A stretch of DNA of 55,301 bases from an uncultured virus (IMG/VR IMGVR_UViG_3300034104_004763) (IMGVR_UViG_3300034104_004763); one strand, 5' to 3'; positions 28,664 to 37,927 are shown, counted from the first letter of the stretch. The notes: a model not told the origin generated them from the letters alone. Numbers and translations are program-made.

Positions 28664-30284
28664 TATCGAACTTTTAAAAAACCATCTTTATAAACTAATC
28701 AAGGAGGAACTTGAGGATGAAAATCCTGAAGAGAATCCTACTGGAGATGTATCCTTAAAAGATATTACTATTGGCTATAGTATCCCAACTGATAATCCTG
28801 CTAAACTAGAAAAGGCTATTAATAATTTAGACAATTATGGTGATAAACAAAGACAAGCTGTTACCATAGCTCAAAATATTAAAAGATCAGCTGGAGGAGA
28901 ATCTAAAGCTATGAAACTTATACCTTCAGGTAATGCAGCTGGTCGTAATAATATTGTTAAATGGTCTTTAACTAATGTTTGGGATAAATTAAATAAACAA
29001 GAACGTTTATCTAAACTTGATCAAGTATTTAAAGCATATAAAGCTGAAGGTAAGGACATTGGAGAAGCTTTAAAAACTATCATTTTAAAATTTGATAAGG
29101 AAGCTGATTTATCTGATGATACTAAAATAAAAGAGTATATCGCTAACTTAGAAGCTAGTAGTCCTATTTTTACTAAAGTAGGTGGAGGTAATAATATTGG
29201 TTATCCTATATTTAGAAAAGGTTATTTTTATCCTGCTTTTACTCAAAAAGAACTTGATAGATCTCCTTTAAGAAAAGATTACGAGTATACTATTGAAGAT
29301 AAAGATGGTAAGTCTGAATTTATTTTCTTAGTAAAAGACAATCCATTAGCAGATGTTAACATGAGTAACACTGATGCTTATAGAGACTTACTTAAAAGAA
29401 TTGCTAAGGACGCTGGAGAAAAATTAAATACTCTTTCTAAACAAGTATTTTCAGATACTGGAGAAGAAACTAGCACTACTACATCTGCTCCTATTAAAGA
29501 ACCTTCATCTGAAACTACTAATTTTATTAAAACTTTTACAGATGATGAAGGAGCATCTGATGAAGATAGTGCAGATTTATTCTATGCTACTATACTATCA
29601 GATTTCCCTGCTGCAGATATTACAGATAATAAAATATCAGTTAATAATATAACACCTGCTGAGAAAAAAGATTTAATTAATAGATACTTAAAATTCCAAC
29701 AATCCAATAAACTTTACGAAAATAACCTTCCAATGAAAGATCAATTAAAAGAACAATTAACTTCTATAATTAAAGAAGTTCTTTTGGAGAAAAAATTAAC
29801 TCCTGCTAAACTTAAAAAAAGAAATAAAACTGCTGAAAAAATAAAAAAGGCAAATCCTAAAATGGATAAAGGAGAAGCTTTTGCTATTGCAACTAAACAA
29901 TTAAAAGAAGGTGAAACTTCAATGGATGATATTTTATTAGCTTTTCAAGCTGCTTTAGATATTGAAGATGATGTTAAACAAGATGAAGCTTTAAACGCAG
30001 TTTATAATGAGTTAAAAAACAAAGTAGCTAGTAAAATTAATAAAGCAGCCGACTGGGCTAGAGAAAAACTTAGTGAAGTTGAAGAAGAAGATGCAGTTGA
30101 TACTATCACAATGGATGTTCCTTTATTTATTCGTATGTTAGAATATGCTAAAGAAGATGCTTCTGCTGATGTTGATTTACATGATGTAGCTGAAAATGCT
30201 GTTTCATTAAACAAACAACAAGATATCCTATCAATGGATGACTATGATGCTTTATTACCTTCAGATACTGAACCAAATGTCTAA
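28653..30284 (+). CDS. putative internal head polyprotein
   Basis: Modules separated by LIKEE, LYE, LKE, IIKE, LLE, LKE and LSE. Confidence 0.55.
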   Translation: MTNNIELLKNHLYKLIKEELEDENPEENPTGDVSLKDITIGYSIPTDNPAKLEKAINNLDNYGDKQRQAVTIAQNIKRSAGGESKAMKLIPSGNAAGRNNIVKWSLTNVWDKLNKQERLSKLDQVFKAYKAEGKDIGEALKTIILKFDKEADLSDDTKIKEYIANLEASSPIFTKVGGGNNIGYPIFRKGYFYPAFTQKELDRSPLRKDYEYTIEDKDGKSEFIFLVKDNPLADVNMSNTDAYRDLLKRIAKDAGEKLNTLSKQVFSDTGEETSTTTSAPIKEPSSETTNFIKTFTDDEGASDEDSADLFYATILSDFPAADITDNKISVNNITPAEKKDLINRYLKFQQSNKLYENNLPMKDQLKEQLTSIIKEVLLEKKLTPAKLKKRNKTAEKIKKANPKMDKGEAFAIATKQLKEGETSMDDILLAFQAALDIEDDVKQDEALNAVYNELKNKVASKINKAADWAREKLSEVEEEDAVDTITMDVPLFIRMLEYAKEDASADVDLHDVAENAVSLNKQQDILSMDDYDALLPSDTEPNV

Positions 30285-30384
30285 ATCAAAAAAAGTAGGT
30301 AAACCAAAACCTAATAAAGGTAACCAAGTTAAAAGACAAGCTCTTCTTAAACATAATGAAGAAGTTTTAGCTAAATTCAAATAA
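30277..30384 (+). CDS. 35-aa basic peptide (not in ORF track)
   Basis: MSKSKKVGKPKPNKGNQVKRQALLKHNEEVLAKFK; exactly fills the intergenic gap. Confidence 0.6.
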   Translation: MSKSKKVGKPKPNKGNQVKRQALLKHNEEVLAKFK

Positions 30385-30385
30385 T

Positions 30386-31042
30386 ATGAATAAATCTGAT
30401 ATAAAATTTTTAATTAAAGAAACTCTAGAACTAATATTACAAGAAAGTAAGTTAAAACCACTTCAAGAAAATGTTTTATTAGTTGAAGATAAAGTCTCTA
30501 AAAACTTACAATATCATTTAGATAAAAACATTCCACTACATGAGAATGCTTTTAGGTATGGTACTGAGGCTCAACTTCAATTGTTTAAGGAAGTTAGAAA
30601 ACTTTATAATGAAGAAAAATTATATCTAAATCCTGAAGACAGATGGTTAGTTGAAAATACTGATATTGGAAATTATGGTTTATATGAAGATCAATTTGTA
30701 CCTTTAGATGTACCATTTGTTGAAGAAGAACAATTAAATGAAGCTGATACAAAGAAAAAACATCCTCCATTAAATAAACCAAAACGTGGTGGATCTAAAA
30801 AATTCTATGTTTATGTAAAAGATCCTAAAACTAAAAAAGTTAAAAAAGTATCTTTTGGAGCAGCAGGTGGAGGACAAAACTTAGCAGTTAAAATTAGAGA
30901 CCCTAAAGCAAGAAGAGCATTTGCTGCTCGTCAAAATTGTGATAAGAAAAAGGATAGAACTACTCCTGGATATTGGTCTTGTAATATAGGTCGTTATTGG
31001 AAATCATTAGGTGGTGGGTCAAATTTTAGCGGATATTGGTAA
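30386..31042 (+). CDS. putative internal head protein with basic C-terminal domain
   Basis: LIKE/LQE leader; after LNE a Lys-rich domain KKFYVYV...KKVSFG...RRAF.AR..C...YWSC. Confidence 0.65.
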   Translation: MNKSDIKFLIKETLELILQESKLKPLQENVLLVEDKVSKNLQYHLDKNIPLHENAFRYGTEAQLQLFKEVRKLYNEEKLYLNPEDRWLVENTDIGNYGLYEDQFVPLDVPFVEEEQLNEADTKKKHPPLNKPKRGGSKKFYVYVKDPKTKKVKKVSFGAAGGGQNLAVKIRDPKARRAFAARQNCDKKKDRTTPGYWSCNIGRYWKSLGGGSNFSGYW

Positions 31043-31413
31043 TGGAAAATTTAAATGAGAAAGAAAAACGCGATAGATGTTTGCGTATAGCAGATCGTAA
31101 ATTCGATAAACCATCAGCTTATAAATCAGGCGCTGTAGTTAGATGTCGTAAAGGAGATATTTGGAAAGGTATAAAAGAAGTTTTTGAACAACTTCTACAA
31201 GAAGATGAATCACTTCATAAATGGTTTAATCGTTCAGGTCCTAAAGGTAAAGAAAAGGGATGGGTAGATTGTAATGCTCCTGATGGAAAAGGAGGATATA
31301 AAGCATGTGGTAGAAAAAAAGGTGAAAATCGCTCTAAATACCCCGCTTGTAGACCTACTCCTGCAGGATGTAAAAGAAAAGGTAAAGGTAAAACTTGGGG
31401 AAAAACAAAATGA
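31042..31413 (+). CDS. basic Cys-containing two-module protein
   Basis: ATG 31042 (TAATG coupling) preferred over TTG 31036; PSAY.SG..V.CRK and L.KWF...WVD...CGR...YPACRP modules separated by LLQE. Confidence 0.65.
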   Translation: MENLNEKEKRDRCLRIADRKFDKPSAYKSGAVVRCRKGDIWKGIKEVFEQLLQEDESLHKWFNRSGPKGKEKGWVDCNAPDGKGGYKACGRKKGENRSKYPACRPTPAGCKRKGKGKTWGKTK

Positions 31414-31961
31414 TAAAACTATCTGACATATTAAATGAAATGATATACCCCCCATATAAAGCTAATATGGTAGGAAAAACAAGATATAAAGCCTCTGATA
31501 CTTTTACTAATGATCCTAAAGTTGCTATTAAAAAAGGATATTTAGAACAAAATATAATTGAAGCAGACCCTAAAACAGGTACAGGAAAAAAACCAAAAGG
31601 ATCAGGAAGAAGATTATACACTGATGAAAATCCTAGTGATACAGTTAGTATAAAATTTAAAACAGCTCAAGATATAAAAGATACATTATCTAAAGAATCA
31701 TTTAAATCTAAAAAACACGCTCGTCAATCCCAAATTATTAATTTAATTCATCAACGTGTTAGAGCAGCATATAGCAAAACTAAAGATCCAGAAGTTAAAT
31801 CTAGATTAAAACGTGCTTTAGATTATATTGAAAAACGTAAAGAAGCATCTAAAAAGAAAACAGAACTTTTAAATAAAATAAAAGAAACATCCGATCCACA
31901 ATCAGGTAAATCAGCACCTTATGGTTCTGGATACGCTCCTGTTAAAAATATAAAAAAATGA
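31410..31961 (+). CDS. basic putative internal head protein
   Basis: ATG 31410 gives the MIKLSDILNE leader; GKKPKGSGRRLYTDENP domain follows IIE. Confidence 0.65.
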   Translation: MIKLSDILNEMIYPPYKANMVGKTRYKASDTFTNDPKVAIKKGYLEQNIIEADPKTGTGKKPKGSGRRLYTDENPSDTVSIKFKTAQDIKDTLSKESFKSKKHARQSQIINLIHQRVRAAYSKTKDPEVKSRLKRALDYIEKRKEASKKKTELLNKIKETSDPQSGKSAPYGSGYAPVKNIKK

Positions 31962-32278
31962 TAAAATTACTTCAACTACTAACTGAAGCTAAAGAAAGCT
32001 TTGAACAATTTGCTAAAAACCGTTTAGCAGGTGCTGAAAAAATTATAGCTAATGCTAAGGAAAAAGGTGGAGATGCTTTATTAACATATACTCACTTTAA
32101 CGTAAAACCCTCTTACTATAAAAAAGCTATAAACGGAAAATTTGATAAGGACGCTGCTAAAAAAGAATTTGACGAAACCTATAAAAAAATATCATTAGAT
32201 ATGACTCAAAATGAATTCCAAAGAGAAGTTGGTCGTTTAGAGGTATTAGGTGAATTATTAATAAGAGATAAAAAATAA
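31958..32278 (+). CDS. putative internal head protein
   Basis: MIKLLQLLTE leader. Confidence 0.65.
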   Translation: MIKLLQLLTEAKESFEQFAKNRLAGAEKIIANAKEKGGDALLTYTHFNVKPSYYKKAINGKFDKDAAKKEFDETYKKISLDMTQNEFQREVGRLEVLGELLIRDKK

Positions 32279-32901
32279 TGTTAAATTTAAATATTCCTAG
32301 CTTTAAAGCATTAGTTCGTAAATCTTATTTTACTAAAAATAATAAAGATTTTAGTGAATTTTATGATGTTTATGTTTTCGGTATCCAATCTGTAGCAGGT
32401 GTTATATTAACCTTTCATGTCATGACTGATAGTGGTATGGTTAGAAGTAGAGTACCTATTTCAGAAATATATCTATCAGAACCTAAAAATGATATTCCAT
32501 TTAATTATAAACAACTATGGGACTGTTTTTCAGAAAATGTAACTGTTATTGATTATGATTTTTTAGCATACCATAGAGCTGAAATAGTATTAAGAGATGG
32601 AACTAAAGTATGGGGAACTTATATGTTTACTGTTGATTGGTTCAATAACCCATACAGTGATGAACCATCTGATTATAAATGTGGTCATATATTTAGTGCT
32701 GATGATGGGTATCTTTTATGTCAACCTAATAATAGAATATATTGGAAAGATTCAAATTGGGTTACTAAACAACTCCCTGAAAATTTAAAACAATTTAAGG
32801 TTGATACAGAACTTCCATCAGTTGAAAATCAATCAGATAAATGGGTAACAGAAGACGGAAATTCATTTTATTATGAAATGAATAAAATAACTGATAAATA
32901 A
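32278..32901 (+). CDS. conserved-looking phage hypothetical protein
   Basis: 207 aa; FHV...G...RVPI, QLWDCFS, Y.FTVDW, KC.H, QPNNRI.W motifs. Confidence 0.75.
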   Translation: MLNLNIPSFKALVRKSYFTKNNKDFSEFYDVYVFGIQSVAGVILTFHVMTDSGMVRSRVPISEIYLSEPKNDIPFNYKQLWDCFSENVTVIDYDFLAYHRAEIVLRDGTKVWGTYMFTVDWFNNPYSDEPSDYKCGHIFSADDGYLLCQPNNRIYWKDSNWVTKQLPENLKQFKVDTELPSVENQSDKWVTEDGNSFYYEMNKITDK

Positions 32902-32908
32902 ATAAATT

Positions 32909-33250
32909 ATGATATCAATAAATAAATTATTAAACGAATCTCAGGATAGAATCTACCTTTTAAGTGGTGTCCTTATAACAGATGGTACAGTACGTAACCA
33001 AAAAGATATCTTGTCAGATATCCGTTCTTTACCTGCTGTTACTGTTGTACGTAGTATAGAAATGGAAGAGGATCTTACTTCAAAATATGATAGAAGTAGA
33101 ATTGAAGTAAAAATTGATCCTTACCCTTATCTTAAACAAAATAAGTTTAGTGGGGAAGCTACTGTAAATAAAATAGCAGATGACATTAAAAAAATACCTG
33201 GAGTAATTGGATTTAAAAGTTCTAATGAAATAACTACATCAAATGTGTAA
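32909..33250 (+). CDS. hypothetical protein with LLNE leader
   Basis: MISINKLLNE; internal pseudo-repeat DIRSLPAV / DIKKIPGV suggests a ferredoxin-like fold. Confidence 0.65.
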   Translation: MISINKLLNESQDRIYLLSGVLITDGTVRNQKDILSDIRSLPAVTVVRSIEMEEDLTSKYDRSRIEVKIDPYPYLKQNKFSGEATVNKIADDIKKIPGVIGFKSSNEITTSNV

Positions 33251-33516
33251 TGAAACCTTATCAAGAAGTTATAAATGAAGATAATTCTCGTTTACGTGAA
33301 TTTAAAGTTGATGTAGATGATGATGAATTAAAATGGCATAGAGATGAAAAAGATCGTTATGTTACTATATTAGAAGGAGAAGGTTGGCAATTTCAAAGAG
33401 ACAATGAATTACCTTTGGCTCTCCAAAAAGGAGACGTTATATTTATATCACGGGAAACATATCATAGAGTGATAAAGGGTACAACAGATTTATTAATAAG
33501 CATAATAGAAAAATAA
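33250..33516 (+). CDS. cupin-fold protein
   Basis: WHRD...ILEGEG...L.KGDVIFI....YHRV. Confidence 0.75.
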   Translation: MKPYQEVINEDNSRLREFKVDVDDDELKWHRDEKDRYVTILEGEGWQFQRDNELPLALQKGDVIFISRETYHRVIKGTTDLLISIIEK

Positions 33517-34247
33517 TGTTAGAATTAACACCATCACAAATAAGAGATAAGGTAAGAGGGGTTCCTGTTAGATTTAAACGTGATCCTCAAATGACTTATT
33601 ATTTTAATAATGCTCAAAATGATGAATTTGGTTTTTTTAAAGATAAAAATGGGGATATTAAAAAAAAATCCTTCACAGATGTTATAAGTATTAATGGTAA
33701 AGAAGTTAAAGTTAAATCCTCACTTAAAGAATTAAGAAAATTAATTAGAGAAGAAATAGAAGCTATTAAAGTTTCTGAACCTTTAACTTTTGAAGGTAAC
33801 CCACTAGAATTTATACTAAATAAATATTCTTCTTTAAATGATACTATGATAGACTTATTAACTCCATCATTTAGAGATTATTTAACAGGAATATTCATAG
33901 TAGCTCCTAAACCTACTACATTTAGAATTTTACTACATAACAATCAAGAATTTTACTTAATATATGCTCCAGACGGTTATGTAGCTAAAATAACAGGTAA
34001 AAAATATGATTTAAGAAATTTATCTGAAGAAGAATATGCTATTAATTCAATAGCACAACTTTTAGAATTAGGCATACCACCTTCAGCTGAAGGTCCAAAT
34101 TCTGAAGTAGATAATCAAGCCGATTTACAAGGAGAAACATCTCCTGAAACTCCACCTGAAGAAACACCTCCTACTGAAGAAACACCTCCAGCAGAGTTAC
34201 AGGAGTCAAAATTTCCATTAAGAATAAAATTAATTAGAAAAAAATAA
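33516..34247 (+). CDS. hypothetical protein, modular with LKE/IREE linker
   Basis: 243 aa; LKELRKLIREE linker, EETPP repeats near the C-terminus. Confidence 0.7.
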   Translation: MLELTPSQIRDKVRGVPVRFKRDPQMTYYFNNAQNDEFGFFKDKNGDIKKKSFTDVISINGKEVKVKSSLKELRKLIREEIEAIKVSEPLTFEGNPLEFILNKYSSLNDTMIDLLTPSFRDYLTGIFIVAPKPTTFRILLHNNQEFYLIYAPDGYVAKITGKKYDLRNLSEEEYAINSIAQLLELGIPPSAEGPNSEVDNQADLQGETSPETPPEETPPTEETPPAELQESKFPLRIKLIRKK

Positions 34248-34250
34248 AAA

Positions 34251-34284
34251 TAAGTTTGGCTCCTTAAAGGAGCCTTCTTATATT
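34251..34284 (+). promoter_or_regulatory. hairpin-containing host-type promoter, copy 1 of a 34-bp repeat
   Basis: TTG(34256)-N20-TATATT with GGCTCCT-TAA-AGGAGCC hairpin in the spacer. Confidence 0.7.
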
Positions 34285-34305
34285 GTATAAATTTAACTGT
34301 ATGTT

Positions 34306-35091
34306 ATGAATAAATTCAATAAAAAAAGATTATTTTTTGATATCGAAACTAGTCCAAATATTGGTTTCTTTTGGTCAGCAGGTTACAAATTAAATGTGCC
34401 TTATAGTAATATTATCAAAGAAAGAGCAATCATTTGTATATGTTATAAATGGGAAGGTGAAGATAAAGTATATTCTTTACAATGGGATAAAGATCAAAAT
34501 GATAAAGAGTTATTAGAAAAATTCATATTAGTAGCTAATGATGCTAAAGAATTAGTAGGTCATAATGGAGACAAATTTGATTTACCTTGGATTAGAACAC
34601 GTTGTTTATTTCATGGTATACCTTGTTTTCCTAATTATACTACAATTGATACTTTAAAGCAAGCCCGATCTAAATTTAGATTTAATAGTAATCGTTTAGA
34701 TTATATTGCTCAATATTTAAATGTGGGTGAAAAATCTGAAACTGGAGGTTTTGATTTATGGAAGGATATTGTATTAAATAACAGTCAAACTGCTATGAAG
34801 ACTATGATTGAATACTGTAAAAATGATGTTGTAATTCTAGAAAAGGTATTTCATCATCTTAAAAATTATGTTCCTCATAAATCTCATTTTGGAGCATTAG
34901 AAACAGGTGAAAAAACAACTTGCCCTGAATGTGGATCAGACAATTTAAGACATTCTCAAACTCGCTACTCAGCTGCGGGAACTCCACGTGTTCAAGTACA
35001 ATGCAATGATTGTCATAAGTATCATACAGTAGCCAATAGAACATATGAAGCTATAACTGCTAATCAATTACAGAAAAAAATTAAAGAGTAA
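34306..35091 (+). CDS. RNase H-like (DEDD/YprB-type) 3'-5' exonuclease with C-terminal zinc ribbon
   Basis: FFDIET, HNGDKFD, LD, YCKND; CPECGS...CNDC. Confidence 0.85.
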   Translation: MNKFNKKRLFFDIETSPNIGFFWSAGYKLNVPYSNIIKERAIICICYKWEGEDKVYSLQWDKDQNDKELLEKFILVANDAKELVGHNGDKFDLPWIRTRCLFHGIPCFPNYTTIDTLKQARSKFRFNSNRLDYIAQYLNVGEKSETGGFDLWKDIVLNNSQTAMKTMIEYCKNDVVILEKVFHHLKNYVPHKSHFGALETGEKTTCPECGSDNLRHSQTRYSAAGTPRVQVQCNDCHKYHTVANRTYEAITANQLQKKIKE

Positions 35092-35103
35092 TATTTATTT
35101 AAG

Positions 35104-35328
35104 ATGAAACTAAACGAATACCTTAAAGAAGTACAAGAAGTCCAAATTAAAATTGGAGATGATTTCACCTTAAGAGGTGATATAGGTGTATTTAAAAAAG
35201 GAGAGATGGTCACAGTTACTAATAAAAAATTAGTAGGTAATGATATTGAATTAACTTTATCAAATGGTAAAGGTAAAGAAGATAAGTTTTATTTAGATAA
35301 AAACGATGACTTTGAAGAACTAGGATAA
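35104..35328 (+). CDS. small SH3-like hypothetical protein with MKLNEYLKE leader
   Basis: Preceded by variant ATATTTATT (35091-35099). Confidence 0.65.
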   Translation: MKLNEYLKEVQEVQIKIGDDFTLRGDIGVFKKGEMVTVTNKKLVGNDIELTLSNGKGKEDKFYLDKNDDFEELG

Positions 35329-35786
35329 TGAAAAGATCAGAATTAAAAGAAATTATTAAAAATGGATTAAAAAAGTTTTTTGAAATTGAACCTGATCCTA
35401 ATATTGATCCTGAACTTAATATAGGGGATAGAATAGAACCAGAACCTGAAGCAGAACCTACTCCAGAACCTGATCAACCTGAATCTACACTTCCTAAAGA
35501 ACAGCCACTTCAAAATATTTCAAAATTAGAGGCTGCTCAAAAAATAAGAGAAACCAAAGGAAAAATGTTTACTGTTACTTTTATTAAAAAGTCTAATGGA
35601 CAAAAAAGAACAATGAATGCTCGTTTAGGTGTTAAAGCATATTTAAGAGGAGGAGTATTACCATATGATCCTAATACTAAAGGATTAATACCTGTTTATG
35701 ATATTCAAACTAAGGATTATAGGATGATTAACATTCAGGGTATAGTTAATCTAAAAACTGGTGGAGTAGAATATAATGTAGTATAA
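35328..35786 (+). CDS. leader plus Pro/Glu linker plus WYL-like/SH3-like domain protein
   Basis: MKRSELKEIIK; EP repeats; FTVTFIKK.NG..R.M.A....VYD.....YR.I. Confidence 0.6.
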   Translation: MKRSELKEIIKNGLKKFFEIEPDPNIDPELNIGDRIEPEPEAEPTPEPDQPESTLPKEQPLQNISKLEAAQKIRETKGKMFTVTFIKKSNGQKRTMNARLGVKAYLRGGVLPYDPNTKGLIPVYDIQTKDYRMINIQGIVNLKTGGVEYNVV

Positions 35787-35800
35787 AATAAACTAATTAG

Positions 35801-35834
35801 TAAGTTTGGCTCCTAATAGGAGCCTTCTTATATT
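35801..35834 (+). promoter_or_regulatory. hairpin-containing host-type promoter, copy 2 of the 34-bp repeat
   Basis: 32/34 identical to 34251-34284; both differences are in the hairpin loop. Confidence 0.7.
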
Positions 35835-35854
35835 TAAAAATAAAATTTAACTAA

Positions 35855-35896
35855 ATGAGCAAAAATATTGTAATTGTAGGTGCTTATAAAAAGTAG
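35855..35896 (+). pseudogene. relic 5' end of the FAD oxidoreductase gene
   Basis: Encodes MSKNIVIVGAYKK*; shares ATTGTAATTGTAGGT (35867-35881) with 36556-36570. Confidence 0.75.
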
Positions 35897-35919
35897 GTGT
35901 TGGTCTGATGGAATTTTCA

Positions 35920-35928
35920 ATATTTATA
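35920..35928 (+). promoter_or_regulatory. putative late promoter ATATTTATA carried by the endonuclease cassette
   Basis: Upstream of 35942. Confidence 0.7.
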
Positions 35929-35941
35929 TTAAATAATAATT

Positions 35942-36538
35942 ATGACTAGTATTTATATTTTAGAGAGAAATGGTATTCCATTTTATATAGGTAAAACAAT
36001 TCAAGATTTAAAAAAAAGATTCCTATCACATGGTGTTAAAAGATTAAATAGTAAAATATATGAAATCGATATTGTATCTGATAATGAATGGAAATTTTGG
36101 GAATCCTGGTATATTGAAGTATTTAAAAGTTGGGGATTTGAATTAGAAAATAAAAATGATGGGGGTGGGGGAAGAGGACCTGGATGGGTTTCATCTCCTG
36201 AAAGAAATAATAAAATAAAAAATTCCTTAATTAATCATACTCAATACTATACTAAAGAAGTAAGAGATAAAATCAGTAAAGGTAATCAAATACCAAAACC
36301 TTTTTCAGAACAACATAAAATTAATATGGGTATAGCTAAACTTAAACAAGCTAAACCTGTATTAATGTTTGATTTAAAAGATAATTTTATAAAAGAGTGG
36401 GAAAGTAAAGGTCAAGCTGCACTTTGGATAAAAGAACAAACAGGAAAAACAAGTAACTTGACCTCTCAAATAAAAGATTGTATATTAGGAAAGCAAAAAA
36501 CTGCTTTAGGTTATAAATGGAAATATAAACAAATATGA
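35942..36538 (+). mobile_element. free-standing GIY-YIG homing endonuclease gene with NUMOD-type DNA-binding modules
   Basis: SIYIL....PFYIGKT...R..H, E..YI, LEN...GG; C-terminal KPV.MFDL...FIKEW.S...KTA.GYKWKY. Confidence 0.85.
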
Positions 36539-37860
36539 GTAAATACACAAAGAAAATTGTAATTGTAGGTAGTGGAGTAGCTGGAATAAATGCAGCACTT
36601 AAATTAGTAGATAACGGCTACCCAGGAAACCTTATTACAATGATAGATATGGGAAAAGACCCATATAATAGATTACCAAGTGAAGTAATGTGTGGTTTTG
36701 CCGGTGCTGGAGCGTGGAGTGATGGTAAATTAACTTACCACACAGCCATTGGTGGTCAATTAAAAAAATACTGTGGTGAAGACAAAGCCATGGAATTAAT
36801 GGATCAAGTTATTACTAACTTTAAACGTTTTCACCCTAAACCTGAAGAAGTACAATGCTCTGATCCTGATGCTGAACCTGATTTTATTAAACCATACTTT
36901 GGTTTACGCTTATTTCCAGTATGGCACGTTGGAACTGATTACTTATTAGAAATTGCTAAAAATTGGTACTCATATTTAGTTGATAATGGAGTTGTTTTTG
37001 AATGGGAATCTAAAGTACATACTATTGAATTTAAAGAAAATACAGTATATTGGAAAGATTTAACTAATAAAGAATGGCAACAAAGCTATGATGAACTTAT
37101 ATTTGCTGTAGGCAAATCAGGAATTGATTTTGGTAAAGTATTAGCAGAAAAATATAACCTTCCAACTGAGCCTAAATCAGTACAAATTGGTGTTCGTTTT
37201 GAAGCTCCACAACATCATTTCCAAAAATTAATTGATATTAGTTACGATTTTAAATTATATAGAAAATTCGATGATAAAGGAGTATCATTACGTTCATTCT
37301 GTACTAATAATAATGCAGCATATGTTGCAGTAGAAGAGACATACGGAAACTATACTTACAATGGGCATGCTAAAAAAGACGAACGTTATAGAAATAACAT
37401 GACTAACTTTGGTATTATAATGGAGTTAAATGGTATTGAAGATCCATTTACTTGGAGTAGAGATGTTGTAAAACAACTACAATCTATAGATCATAGGGGG
37501 TTATATTATTCACCTTCAAGAAAACCTTCACTAACATCAGAAGGAGAATTAGTAGATGCTTTTCAAATAACTGATGCTGATATGGTTAGTGTAAGAAAAA
37601 CATTCCAAGGTTACTTTAACTACATAGATGAATTTATTGAGGATATGAAAAAAGTATTTCCAACATTAAAAGATGACTGGGGAATCTATATACCCGAGTG
37701 CAAGTATCTTTCCCCAGAACCTCTTGTTGATTATACTAATTTAGCTTTAACTAAATATCCAAATGTCCATTTTGTTGGTGATGCTTTAAGTGCTAGAGGC
37801 ATAACAGTAAGTGGTGCACAAGGTATTTATGTCGCAGAGGATATATTAAAATTTAATTAG
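36535..37860 (+). CDS. FAD-dependent oxidoreductase
   Basis: IVIVGSGVAG Rossmann motif, GFAGAGAWSDGKL, AVG, IGVRFE, RSFC, FVGD...RGI. Confidence 0.88.
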   Translation: MSKYTKKIVIVGSGVAGINAALKLVDNGYPGNLITMIDMGKDPYNRLPSEVMCGFAGAGAWSDGKLTYHTAIGGQLKKYCGEDKAMELMDQVITNFKRFHPKPEEVQCSDPDAEPDFIKPYFGLRLFPVWHVGTDYLLEIAKNWYSYLVDNGVVFEWESKVHTIEFKENTVYWKDLTNKEWQQSYDELIFAVGKSGIDFGKVLAEKYNLPTEPKSVQIGVRFEAPQHHFQKLIDISYDFKLYRKFDDKGVSLRSFCTNNNAAYVAVEETYGNYTYNGHAKKDERYRNNMTNFGIIMELNGIEDPFTWSRDVVKQLQSIDHRGLYYSPSRKPSLTSEGELVDAFQITDADMVSVRKTFQGYFNYIDEFIEDMKKVFPTLKDDWGIYIPECKYLSPEPLVDYTNLALTKYPNVHFVGDALSARGITVSGAQGIYVAEDILKFN

Positions 37861-37864
37861 AAAA

Positions 37865-37900
37865 GGAGGGCTTGGCCCTCCATTCTTATCTTAGTATATT
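37865..37900 (+). promoter_or_regulatory. hairpin whose loop is the -33 TTG of a host-type promoter
   Basis: GGAGGGC-TTG-GCCCTCC (37865-37881); TTG-N20-TATATT(37895-37900). Confidence 0.65.
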
Positions 37901-37927
37901 TAAACATTATTAATAAAAATAAAAGTT

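Noticed and set aside
34130..35480. EETPP and EP/PE short repeats as a repeat array
   Set aside because: Low-complexity protein linkers within ORFs, not DNA-level arrays
35882..36570. Group I intron interrupting the oxidoreductase
   Set aside because: Only about 60 nt of non-coding sequence flank the endonuclease ORF, too little for a ribozyme core, and the downstream gene has its own complete start
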